Source: Rhynchobatus australiae (Eukaryota). From it: DNA of 63,946 bases. Position numbers and translations under genes: made by a program. Positions 1 to 11,565 of this stretch are shown here, in pieces; the stretch's first letter is position 1; each line of letters begins with the position of its first letter. The stretch lies in contig JAUZTB010000057.1 in assembly GCA_034780895.1 (NCBI GenBank), positions 26,266,906-26,330,851 on the forward strand, read 5' to 3'. Below the pieces are notes generated by a model, which searched no databases, was not told the DNA's origin, and saw only the letters and a program-made list of their open reading frames with translations.

Positions 1-380
1 AAAGAAAACTGTCCCACCTCTTCAATATATCCTCTTGACTTTAGTCCTTTGTTCCAGGAACCATTGTTGTAAATGTTTTCTCGATACTCTCTAATGCTCT
101 CACATCCTTCCTTTAACATGGCAATGACAACTGAATACAATATTCCAGTTGAGGCCAGCCTAGCGTTTTGTAAATATTCAGCATGATTCTCTATGTCCCT
201 GTTGATAATGCCTAGAATTGTTGTGCCTCATTACTGTTTTGTCAAGCTGCCTTGCTACTTTCAAGACTTATGCACCCATACTGCCAAGTCCCTCTGATCT
301 TGTACCCCTTTTAAATAGTATTTCCTATTCTGTATTGCCTCTCCTTATTCTATCTTCCAAAACTGTACTATCCTCTTGCC
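1..380 (-). mobile_element. Old CR1 LINE ORF2 3' fragment
   Basis: aactgaatacaatattccagttgaggcc reads as RPQLEYCIQ on the minus strand, a CR1 RT C-terminal motif. Confidence 0.65.
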
Positions 381-1052
381 TGTAGTTGCTGGGCTTATCG
401 TTGCACCTTTCTGTGAATGAGAAGCATGAGGAATTGATGGAAAGACAACTGCTGAGAATCTGGATGACATTCCAAGAGGAAGAATGTACAACCAGCAATA
501 AATGTGTGTATACATCAATACCACTCTGTTACATTGCAACACTCCACTGCATCGGTGCTGGGAAGTCTAAACTTTATAATTTATAAAAGGTGTGCTTCAA
601 TATTGTTACAGCACAGCTCTTTTCCATTTGTTGTACATATATGCAACTTTATGTATTGGGTACTGTGTGGTGCTTCACCTTCTGTGTCCCCTAGATAATA
701 TGGTCACCATAACAAGGACCCAAGGTGGGGAAACAGGAGTTAAAATACAAATCAGCATCAATGCAATTGAATGGTAAAAGAGGCCTGAGAGGTTGAATGG
801 CTTAGTCAGGAGTCTTGTAGTATGTAAAAGAAATAAACAAATAACACATAATAAAAAACATATCAAATGATAATATGTGAAAATACGGAAATATACAGCA
901 GGGCAGCATGCATTGGTAGAAACACAAACATTTTGCCTGTTACACAACGAGACATAGAATGTCAGGTTGAGTACTTCGTAGCATTTTCAATTTTTTTTCC
1001 AGTACAATAGAAATTGTTTTATGAGATCAGATTTCAAAATGAACATTCCTAC

Positions 1053-1215
1053 CTTCCTCATGGCCAAGCATCTTATTCTTGGCTCTCTTTCTGATCTCGT
1101 TTTTATCTGTGTCACCATTGACTGCATCATACACAGTTTCTGCCACCTCCTGTTGCCAACGTTCTGATATCACCAGAGGAAAGTTTTTATAGAGCTCCTG
1201 ATCACTGTCCAGCAG
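1053..1215 (-). CDS. GRK3: GRK3 exon 18 (163 bp): [54 protein letters not shown]
   Basis: Acceptor tcacag, donor gtagga; peptide in ORF 1027..1335. Confidence 0.98.
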
Positions 1216-1217
1216 CT

Positions 1218-1510
1218 GTGAAGGAGAAATCAGAGAGAAAAACAGAAAATGGGAAAGGGAAGGAGATGTACATGGTAGAGAGAGCAAGATTTGAGTGACA
1301 GAAGAACAGCGAGGAGAAAACAAGACAAGCAGCAAAGAAATGTTTTAGTGGGGGAGCAAGAAAAAGGACGAGAAACAGAAAGAGGGGAAGAAAAAATGGT
1401 GAGAGGATAAAGGAAGATGGGAAAGAAGTGCAGCAAAAAAAGTTAAAGAGGATTAAAAAACAATATTAGCAAATGAATATTAACAATATTAGCAAATGAA
1501 CACAGGTTTA
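1218..1510 (-). promoter_or_regulatory. Extended polypyrimidine tract and AG-exclusion zone upstream of exon 18
   Basis: No CT dinucleotide on the plus strand (no AG on the transcript) from 1218 to 1510; strongly purine-rich on plus. Confidence 0.75.
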
Positions 1511-2391
1511 CTTTGGTGAAGACTTTTTTTTATTATGAACACGATTAAATGTTTAATAAAGTTTCCCATGCCTTACATTATTTATTTAACTAGTAACTTT
1601 GTGCGGTGAGGACCATATCCTCATTTCCTTTTTATCTTCTGTCACCATATACAGTAATGAACTTTGGTTAGCATACTACTCTGCAATCTACTGGACTTTG
1701 TTTCTTTGATAATTCTGTTGGCTTGCTATCTGAAAGCACATTCTGTTGAAACCATTCTTTTAAAAACCATCACAATAATTGTCTTTCTTTACTAAATCTC
1801 TAGACTAATATGCATTTCACATTTTAGAGATATTCTTCCAGCCCTGCGGTGGCCACACCTGAAGTTCTATAACATCAGATGTAGGAAATGCCCAAATGTA
1901 ACTGGAAATAAAAAGAGGAAGATCACCACCTCTGAACTTTCACACAAGGGTCACAGCTACGGACTAATTAAGAGACTATTCTGCCAATCACCTACTACAG
2001 TCTTTTAGACACCACGAACACCCCTTTTTAGTCAAATTGACTATTGGTAACTCTGGGAATACGAGTATGCAGAATTTGAATAGGTATAGTTAATACCAGG
2101 TGGTTGCATGGATGGCACCACTTTCTGGTAGTACAGGTGCCATCCACACTAAACAGCTGCACAGTATGACTGTTTAAGCACCACTTATTACAAAGTTGCT
2201 ACCCCCATCAACTGGTTATGGATACATCACCAGTACCAACTGCTACCAATTGCTACCAAAGCACCACTCACACTTGATTATTATTGAGTGCCATTTATTC
2301 CATTGGCACTTCACATTTTACTGGTATTTAGATCTATTCTGAGGATCCCAGAACAATGTTCAGAAAACTGTTGAAAATCAGCAGGCAATAC

Positions 2392-2487
2392 CTTGATACC
2401 CTTTGTATCTTCTTCATCAAATGATCCTATATCAAATGCATCAGCTGCATTCACCTCTCCCCGGGGAGGAATAAGTGGAGGCAGATA
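2392..2487 (-). CDS. GRK3: GRK3 exon 17 (96 bp): [36 protein letters not shown]-tail
   Basis: Manual translation; acceptor ttcaag, donor gtattg. Confidence 0.97.
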
Positions 2488-3335
2488 CTTGAAACAGAAA
2501 AATAAGATGAAGCTAGTTTAGCACAACAGCTGTGGTACCATGATATCTGGCATGAGTATATTTTTATCTATAGTAACATTGCTCTTGGTGGTGGGAGGTC
2601 TGTGAAATTAAAATCACACTCAAAAATGGGTTCAATACGAAGAATTTTCATCTTCACAACTGTCTCCCTGTTCATATTTCAGGTTTCAATCTGCATCGTC
2701 AACTAAAACACTGAACAAATGTACTTCACTGAGCAGAAACGGAACTCAATAAAAATGAAACACATTGTAATGGGTTAGCTGCAATTGTCAATCAGAACTG
2801 AAAAGGTCAACTGAGTTCCTCTTGAGACTCCATGTGCTTCATATAACTGTATGCTCCAGACTTCCTTCTGTAAAGAGTGACCAGTAACTGTATATGGGAA
2901 TTTGTGTTTCAAGTTACCATCATTTACCAAAGCATGAAGAAGAATAAAATAAATTGCTTCACGTTATTGTTATTCAGCTTTCTTGCCCATATCTGTACTG
3001 TTTATGACCAGTTTTGGAACCTGTTGAATGTATCTTTGTCGTATAAGAAAACATTTAGTTACAAATGATGATTGTAATATATGAAGATAATTGCAATCTG
3101 CTGCAAGTCTTGTGGCTCTCACTGTTTTTCTTAACTACATGGCTTGGGGACCTTTTGAGCAGATCCAAGAAAATGGCCTGTTAACATCTTGGGTTAGGGA
3201 CAAGAAGTGAATTTGCAAAAAAGAAGACAATTTTTTTTAATATAACAGTAAGTTTAAANNNNNNNNNNNNNNNNNNNNNNNNNNNNNNNNNNNNNNNNNN
3301 NNNNNNNNNNNNNNNNNNNNNNNNNNNNTCCTTAC

Positions 3336-3402
3336 CTTCTGCAAGTAGACTTGTTGCCAATCAATCCCTTTAAAAAAAGGATGTTCTTTCACTTCCACGG
3401 CA
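3336..3402 (-). CDS. GRK3: GRK3 exon 16 (67 bp): AVEVKEHPFFKGIDWQQVYLQK
   Basis: Acceptor ctacag, donor gtaagg; peptide in ORF 3237..3578. Confidence 0.97.
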
Positions 3403-3489
3403 CTGTAGAAACAAAAGGTATCAGGTAACTCCACATTTAAACAATAATCAACCCACACATTAACTTCAGTAACTGTAGTTTGAATAAAC

Positions 3490-5250
3490 AAAGGAATGTC
3501 AATAACACTGAACAATAAGAAATTATTAATCTTGGGATGGAACCACAAGATATACAAATTAAACCTGGGGCTGATCAATAAAAACTAGTTCCTTGGCACT
3601 GAACAACCCGGTGTCAACATTAACCCTCGCACTAGGAAACAATATTTAATCAGCAACGCTAAAACTGAGCAACAATGTCATCAATTTATAGCACGTGGTG
3701 ATTGTCCATCATGCCACTGCCAACTCTTTGAAAGAACAATCCAAACAAATCCTCTGCATTTTAACCAAAGTCCTGCAAATTTTCATGTACTTCTCCAATA
3801 TTATTATGTAAGTTACTATTGAATCAGATTCCACCACTCTCTCAGGCAGTGAATTCCCGATCATAATAAACCCCTGCCTAAAAATAATCCTTATCCTTTT
3901 ATTTAGTTCTTGAATAATCTCCAACCTCCATGACATTGGAAATAGCTTTTCCTTAATTATTCTCTCAAAACACATTTTAATTTTGAACTTCTCCATTAAA
4001 TGAATTGTTAACTACTATGTTTTTAAGAGAACAATTCCAGTTTCTCCAGATAATTTAAATAATTCACCTCTGATATTATTGATAGTTTCTCCAAGGTCTT
4101 GGCATCCCTCCCAGAAATGGACACCATAATCCATCTAATTCTTAATTGACAATTTAAGGCAAGAAATCCTTGCACTTGCAGTCTATATCTTTTCACCATA
4201 TCCTGATATCATCAGTAACCCTGGCAGCATGCAAAAGATATCAGGAATATGGCAATGAGTAAAAGGGAATTATTACTCCAGGGATGAAGCAATAAATTGC
4301 AATTGTTAAACCTGGCACTGAGCAACAAGACATAATTAGCAACCCTGGCACTGAGCAACAAAAAGTAATTATTAAGAACTGTGTAACAAGAGATAATCAG
4401 GAACCCTGGGGGTCAGAAACAAGGAATCATTAAGTCAGGCAGTGAGCAACATGATATTATCAGTACTGCTGACATTGAGCAACAAAATATAATCATTAGC
4501 CCTGACATTGAAGCGACATATGATCATTAATCCAAGAAAACAAACAAAATATAATCATTAACACTGATTACTTGAGGAGAAATAATCAGTAACTTTGGCA
4601 CTGAGCAACAAAATAATCCCAGCAGAGCCAGCGTAAGACATTATCAGGAGCCTTAGCAAGTGAGCAATGAGGTTTCATAATGAACTTGGTAGTGACCAAC
4701 AACAATTATTAAACCTTATATTGAGCAAAAAGCTTTTATCAGTAACATGTTACTGAATGTAAAGAATCACTAACATTGTGATTGACCAATAAGATATTGC
4801 CACTAGCACAGCTACTGACTAACAAGATACCATCAATAACAAAGATAATGATTTCAAGTACATCTAAAAAATATCACACTGAGCAAAATAACTGATTACC
4901 TTGTGGCAAGGTATTATTACATTATAATTAACCCTAGGGCTGCATGAGAAGATATCATCAGTGTTACTGGCACTTAGCAACAAGATTTCAGCAGGAACCC
5001 TGACATTGAACAAAAAGTTTCATCATTAGCCTGGCATATAAACCTTTCACTAAATAGCAAGGTATCATCAGTAACCTTCACACTGAACAATAAGATACCG
5101 ACACCACAACAAAGTACCGTTTGCCTTATTACTCAGCGGCACTGCCAATGAATGAGAAGGTAAGATTAGAAATGGCACAGAAGAGCATGACACTAATACT
5201 AATACTGATGTTAGCAACACAATATCATTCAACATGACAATGAAATACAG
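3490..5250. repeat. Degenerate ~33-bp minisatellite (consensus ~ACCCTGGCACTGAGCAACAAGATATCATCAGTA), split by a CR1 fragment
   Basis: Recurring (c)ctggcactgagcaacaa core, for example near 4311, 4344 and 4596, with variants at 3590-3680 and up to ~5220. Confidence 0.85.
3700..4200 (-). mobile_element. Old CR1 3' fragment inserted in the minisatellite
   Basis: ORF 3709..3996 contains FRQ..GNSLPERVVESDSIVT, matching the CR1 ORF2 C-terminus. Confidence 0.75.
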
Positions 5251-6350
5251 TGCATACTTCACTTCCAGAATTCTACAGAACCTCTTTTCTGACAACTATC
5301 ATTTAGAGTCATGCAGTAAGAGGTATTAGAATTATGAGTACAACTAAATAATATCCTTACTCAATCTTCCTCAAGGATTCTGTTAATCATGGAACCAAAC
5401 CTAACATAATGGGACAATCAATGAATCTTATTATTGACTTCAGAAAAAGCTGCCAGAAGGATAGAGGGCCCTGTGGGGTCAATTTCCCTTATTCCAATAA
5501 TCTATCAATCCAGTGCCATTGCTAGAGGAAGTCAACACTCGATTGTATTGTAAAACTCTCACAGGTACAAACCATAAAGTAAAACATATGAATTAACTGT
5601 ATAATAATTTTACAGAAAGCAAAAGAAAATTATCATGGAATTGAGATGGAGCATAAAAAGTTGGTAAATATCAAATGACAATGAATCAGTGAATATTGCA
5701 AATGTGCATCCTGTGCAGAAATCACTGACACCAACTTCTGTATTTCAGCATCTAACATTGCATGTGATGTCAGAAGTTGTCCAGCACCTGATTTAATCTT
5801 CACTGTGCTCTGACCCCTATAGTTAAATCTTTTATGAAGATATTATACAAAATAGGACACAAACAAACCTCCCTACAACTGATTCATCATATTGTTGCTG
5901 GTAGAGGAGTATTCCTAGACAATTACCCTCTGGCTTATGATGGTCAACCAATTATAGAAACAAGTAAAATATGTTTATTAAATCATTATTTCTTTCAACC
6001 TTAATAACACTGTCCTTGAGGAAATGCAATGGTCACAAATTCAAGTGTATCACATTCCATGCTTTCCTCCCTTCAAGCTCCTTTGTCACAGCCTTGTTGA
6101 AAACCAGTAAATTAGATTTACAAGACAATCTTCATAAACATAAATTGACTATCTTTCATTTTGCAAAAATAACTTTAACATTTTGCATGATGAGGTAAAT
6201 ATTCCAGCTTTCAAGTGATCGGAATCACAAAACTAAAAATCACTGCCAACTATTTAATGTCTTTGACCCTTCAGAAAGCACATCCTCAACACTTTCTGCT
6301 GCTCTCTAAACTGCTCTATTATGCAAGGAAAGCATAAAACTACAGCCTAC

Positions 6351-6451
6351 CCTCGTCCTAGGCATCCCAGTCTCTTGGCAACATCTCGCTGTAACAGACC
6401 TTCCAGAAGAGACTTCAGCTCCACAGAGAAAGAATCTGGTAATTCCACATT
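6351..6451 (-). CDS. GRK3: GRK3 exon 15 (101 bp): [33 protein letters not shown](G)
   Basis: Manual translation; acceptor cttcag, donor gtaggc. Confidence 0.97.
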
Positions 6452-6780
6452 CTGAAGGAGAAAATGAAAATATTAAACACTATTGTAGTTTTGACTTCAA
6501 GTGTAAATGGAATGGTTGCTCATCAAGTTCTTCTTAACTGATCCAACGTATTTGAGATTGTCTGGCTTTGAGAGTACTACTTCAGAAATTAACAATGTTA
6601 TAAAAATATATATACATAGGACCTTTCGTGTTCTTAGGAAATCCTGAAGTGTTTCACAACCAATTAATTTGTTTTGGTACTTACTGTTGTAAAGTAAGGA
6701 AATCAGACAGTCACCCAGAGAAGGAACCTACTAATAGAAATGTAATAAGTAAATATTTTGAGTGGCGTTGNNNNNNNNNN

Positions 6781-6965
6781 AGAACTCCCCTTCACTTCTT
6801 TGATAGCTTCATGAGATTTTTACATCCATTCAACAGAATAGATTTGATTTAACTTTGTTTAGAAGATGGTATCTCTAACAGTGCAGCATCATCTGAATGC
6901 TGCAATGAAGTGTCAGCCTGGAATAGAACATGAACCCAAAACCTTCTGACACTGAAGAATGCTAC
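6781..6965 (-). mobile_element. Ancient Deu-domain SINE fragment (SacSINE1/AmnSINE-like)
   Basis: ttttacatcca..aacagtgcagca..ctgcaatgaagtgtcagcct..tgaaccc..accttctgac pattern; similar relics near 22420-22720, 29780-30030 and 38330-38570. Confidence 0.55.
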
Positions 6966-7454
6966 AATGCAATGGAGACTATCTGTCTTCTGTGACAACC
7001 AAATCAGCCAATTTGCCTACTCCAATTCAAACCAGACCACAATCAGAAATTTGGCCTTTGAAAACTTTGCACACAACCAACAGTGTTTGGTACAGGAGGT
7101 CACAAATCAACCCATTCAGCACCAGTATGTGAAAACAATCTTTTAGTGGTTGGTGCTGTACAAAGTTCTGCATATTCTTCCAAGTAAAATGGTGAGTTTA
7201 CTCTGTTTTATACAATTGATTTCTGAGTTATGCAGGGGATAGGTTTCTGAAAAATAACATGCAACTTGAAACTGCGTAACTTGAGGCATTGCAAGTCCAT
7301 GGGAAATCGTGAATAGGGGCTTCATGCCACTATATGAAATGCTTTTTCCACAATATTTATGGAATTAATAGCCTCATTAAAACCTTTATTCAAAAATTAC
7401 AATTTGATGGAATTATGAATTAGTTTTATCTGAAGAGGAGGGCTAAGGCTTGAA

Positions 7455-7633
7455 GAACATAGAACAGTACTGCGCAGAACGGGCCCTTCGGCCCACGATG
7501 TTGTGCATACTGATATAAACCTTATCCCCATTCAGTCTATCCCTATTTACTTCACCTCCCATAACCATCTGTTTTTCTTTCATCCATGTGCCTATCTAAA
7601 TAGTCTCTTAAATTGTCCTATCATATCAGCCCC
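7455..7633 (-). mobile_element. CR1 3' end
   Basis: gaacatagaacagtac..gggcccttcggcccacgatg tail and 3' UTR stem. Confidence 0.85.
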
Positions 7634-7733
7634 NNNNNNNNNNNNNNNNNNNNNNNNNNNNNNNNNNNNNNNNNNNNNNNNNNNNNNNNNNNNNNNNNNN
7701 NNNNNNNNNNNNNNNNNNNNNNNNNNNNNNNNN

Positions 7734-8115
7734 GGATTGCGTCAACTGAAGCACATAACATCACAGTACATCTGCACCCCTGATGATACAAAGTTGGGTG
7801 GCAGTTTGAGTTGTGGGGAGGATTCAGAGGGGCTTCACAGGGATATAGCTGGGCTAACTAAAGTGGTAGAACATGGAAAATGGAATATAATTGTGGAAAA
7901 ATATGAAGTATTCTACTTTGGTAGAAAAAGTAGCAGAAGAGAGTATTTCTTTAATGGTGGGAGGGTGTTGAAAGGTGTTGGTGTTCAGCAGGAGCTGGGT
8001 GTCCTTTGTACAAATTGCTGAAAGATAACATGCAAGTGCAGTAAGCAGTTAGGAAGGCAAAGGGCAAGCTGGCTTTACTGCAAAAGGATTTGAGTACAAG
8101 AATAAAGACATAGTG
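7734..8115 (+). mobile_element. CR1 RT fragment
   Basis: ORF 7503..8021 contains DDTKLGG..GKWNI..EKYEVFYFGRK..LGV. Confidence 0.8.
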
Positions 8116-8129
8116 AAATTACTTGAGAT

Positions 8130-8418
8130 TTTTGAACATGGAACAGTTCAGCACATGAACAGGCCCTTCAGCCTACAATCTCTGTGCCATCCATGGTGTC
8201 AATGCAAACTAATCCCATCTGCCTGTATCCCATTGGTCTATATCCCTCCATTCCTTGCCTGTTCATTTTCCTATCTAAATGCCTCTTCAATGTTGCTATC
8301 ATTTCTGCTTCCACCACTTCCCCTGGCTGTGGATTCTAGGCACCATCTAATCTCTATGTATTAAAAGAAAACTTGCCATGTAAATCTCCTTTAAACTTCC
8401 CCTCCCACATTAAATCTA
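8130..8418 (-). mobile_element. CR1 3' end fragment
   Basis: gaacatggaacag..aggcccttcagcc 3' UTR followed by ORF2 C-terminal remnant. Confidence 0.75.
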
Positions 8419-11400
8419 TAGAACATAGAACAGTATAGCACAGTACGGGCCCTTCGGCCCACAATGTTGTGCCAACCTTATCCCCATTCAATCTATCCCC
8501 CTCTCTACTTCACCTCCCATAACTCTCCATTTTAATTTTGTCCATGTGCCTATCCAATAGTCTCTTAAATGACCCTATCATATCAGCCCCTATCACCAAC
8601 CCCGGCAATGCATTCCAGGCACCCACCACCCTCTGTGTGTGTGTATATGTGGTATATAAAACAAAACCCTACCTCTCCCTTGAACTTTCCTCCACACACC
8701 TTAAACAGGTAACCTTTTCTACTGGCCATTGCCACCCTGGGGAAAAGATGCTGCCTGTCCACTCTGTTTCTGCCTCTCATAATCTTATACATCGCTATTA
8801 AATCTCCTGTCATCCTCCACAGCTCCAAAGAGGAAAGCCCTAACTCTCTCAATTTCTCCTTATCAGACATGCTCTCCAACCCAGGCAGCATCCTTGTAAA
8901 TCTCGTCTGCACCCTCTCCATGGCTTCCACATCCTTCCTATAATGTAGTGACCAGAACTGAACACAATATTCCAAGTGTGGTCTAACCAGAGTCTTGTAG
9001 AGCTGCAACATTACCTCTCGGCTCTTGAACTCAATCCCCCAGCTAATGAAGACCAGCACACCACACACTTAACTGCCCTATCCACTTGTGCAGCAACTTT
9101 GAGGGATCCATGTACTTGGACCCCAAGATCTCTCTGTTCCTCCACACTGCTAAGAATCCTGATATTAACCATGTACTCTGCCTTCAAATTCATTCTTCTA
9201 ATGTGCATCACTTCACACTTCTCCAGATTGAACTCCATCTGCCACTTCTCTGCCCAGCTCTGCAATCTGTCTAAATCCCGTTGAAACCTACAACAACCTT
9301 CTTCACTATCTGCTACACCACCAACCTTTGTGTCATCTGCAAACTTACCAACCCATTCTTCCACCTCCTCATCCAAATCATTAATAAAAATCACGAAGAG
9401 CAGGGCTCCCAGAACAGATCCCTGCAGAACACCACCAATCACCGACCTCCAAGTCGAATACTCCCCTTCTGCAATCACACTCTGCTTTCTGTGGGCAAGC
9501 CAATTTCGAATCCACATAGCCAATTTTCCATAGATGCCATACCTCATGACTTTCTGAATGAGCCTAACATGGGGAACCTTGTCAAATACCTTGCTAAAAT
9601 CCATATTTACCACATCCATTGCACTACCTTCATCAATCTGTCTTGTCACTTCCTCAAAAAACTCTATGAGGCTCGAGAGGCATGACCTGCCCTTCACAAA
9701 GCCCTGTTGTCTATCCCTAATAAGACTATGCTTCTCTAAATCCTCAAATCTTGTCCCTAAGAATCCTCTCAAATAGTTTGCCCACCACTGATGTAAGACT
9801 CACTGATCTATAATTCCAGGGATTATCCCTTTTAACTTTTGGCATCCTCCAATCCTCCGGTGCCACTCCTGTGGCCAGGGAGGACTCAAAGATCATTGTT
9901 AATGCTCCAACAATCTCTTCCCTCACTTCCCATAATACCCCGGGGCATATCCTGCCTGAACCCAGGGACTTATCTATCTTAATGCTTTTTAGTAGCTCCA
10001 ACACTGCTTCTTTCTTAACCTTGACATGTTCCAACACATTTGCCTCAAGACACATTTTTCCCCCTTAACCCTGAGCGGTCCGACCATCACCCTAGTTCAT
10101 CCTATTGTTCCTTACATATATGTATCACAACTTGGGGTTCTCTTTAACCCAACTTGGCAAGGCCTTTTCACATCCCTTCTAGCTCTCTTAAGTCCCTTCT
10201 TAAGCTCCTTCCCGGCTACCTGATAACTCTCAAGAGCCCTACCTGATATTTGCTTCCTAAACTTTAAATATACTTCCTTCTTCCTCTTGATTAAACCTTT
10301 TACCTCTCTTGTTAACCATGGTTCCTTCATCCTACCATCCTTGTCTCAGTGGGACAAACCTATCTAGAATCCCATGCAAGCAATCCCAAGACAATCTCCA
10401 CATTTCTGCAGTGCATTTACCAGAGAACATCTGTTCCCGGTTTACTCTCCCAAGTTTTTGCCTAATACCGTCATAATTTGCCCTCCCCCAATTAAATACT
10501 TTCTCATAACATCTCCTCCTATCTTTTTCCATGGTTATGCTAAAGGTCAGGTAGTTGTGGTCACCATCCCTGAAATGCTTGCCCACCAAGAGGTCTTTCA
10601 CCTGACCAGGTTCATTACCTAGTACCAGATCCAGAATGGCCTCTCCTCTAGTCGGCCTGTCTACATACTATGTCAGGAATCCTTCCTGTACACACCTTAC
10701 AAATTCTGCCCCATCTGAAGCTTTTGCATTAAGGAGGTGCCAATCAATATTAGGGAAATTGAAGTCACCCATGACAATAACCCTGTTGTTTTTGCACTTT
10801 TCCAAAATCTGCCTACTTATCTACTCCTCAGTGTCCCAATGGCTATTTGGGGGCCTATAGAATACTTCCAATAGAGTGATCTCTCCCTTCCTGTTTCTGA
10901 CTTCCACCTACACTGACTCAACAGATGATCCTCTATGATGTCCTCCCTACCTACAGCTGTGATACTATCCCTGATTAGCAATGCCACCCCTCCACCCCTT
11001 CTACCCCCTTTGAAACATCTAAATCCCAGAACCTCAAGCAGCCATTTCTGCCCTTAGGACAGGCAAGTCTCTCTAAAGGCCACATCGTAATTCTATTTAC
11101 TGATCCATGCTCTAAGTTCATCACCCTTATTCTTAACACTTCTCACATTAAGGTAAACACATTTCAACCCATCTAACTGACTGCATTTATGCCCCATCCC
11201 GACTATCCTTCCTCACCTGTTCATATTGTATCTACTTCTACAACAACTGATCCATCTTCTAATCTGATACTCTGGTTCCCATTCCCCTGCCAACCTGGTT
11301 TAAACCCTCCCCAAAAGCTCTAGCAAACCTGCCCACAAGGACATTGGTCCTCTCCAATTCAGGAGTGGCCCATCCCTTTTGTACAGGTCATACCTACCCC

Positions 11401-11565
11401 AGAATAGATCCCAATGATCCACAAATCTGAACCCTTACCCCCGCACCAACTCTTCAACCACTCGTTAGTCTGCCATATCTTCCTATTCTTTCCCTCCCTG
11501 GTGCATGGCACAGAAAGCAATCCAGAGATTAATACCCTTGAGGTCCTGCTTTTTAGCTTCCTTAC
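8419..11565 (-). mobile_element. Long degenerate CR1 LINE (ORF1 esterase remnant, endonuclease, reverse transcriptase, 3' tail)
   Basis: ORF 9011..9772 has QQGFVKGRSC, DFSKVFDKV, GVLQGSVLG and FADD; ORF 8583..9068 has [12 protein letters not shown]; ORF 11359..11571 has SRVLISGLL; (TTCTATG)n tail at ~8419; many frameshifts. Confidence 0.95.

Noticed and set aside
1216-1335. In-frame 5' extension of exon 18 in the ORF track
   Set aside because: A pyrimidine tract naturally lacks stop codons, the peptide is low-complexity, and no upstream AG is available.
2482-2484. YLPP instead of human YPPP in exon 17
   Set aside because: To my knowledge this position varies among GRK2/3 homologues, so it is not informative.
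4200-5250. CRISPR-like appearance of regularly spaced ~33-bp units
   Set aside because: Units are contiguous and degenerate with no unique spacers, there are no cas genes, and the context is a vertebrate intron.
9011-9772. 253-aa reverse transcriptase ORF as an active or domesticated RT gene
   Set aside because: It is a fragment of a CR1 ORF2 with frameshifts and stops on both sides.
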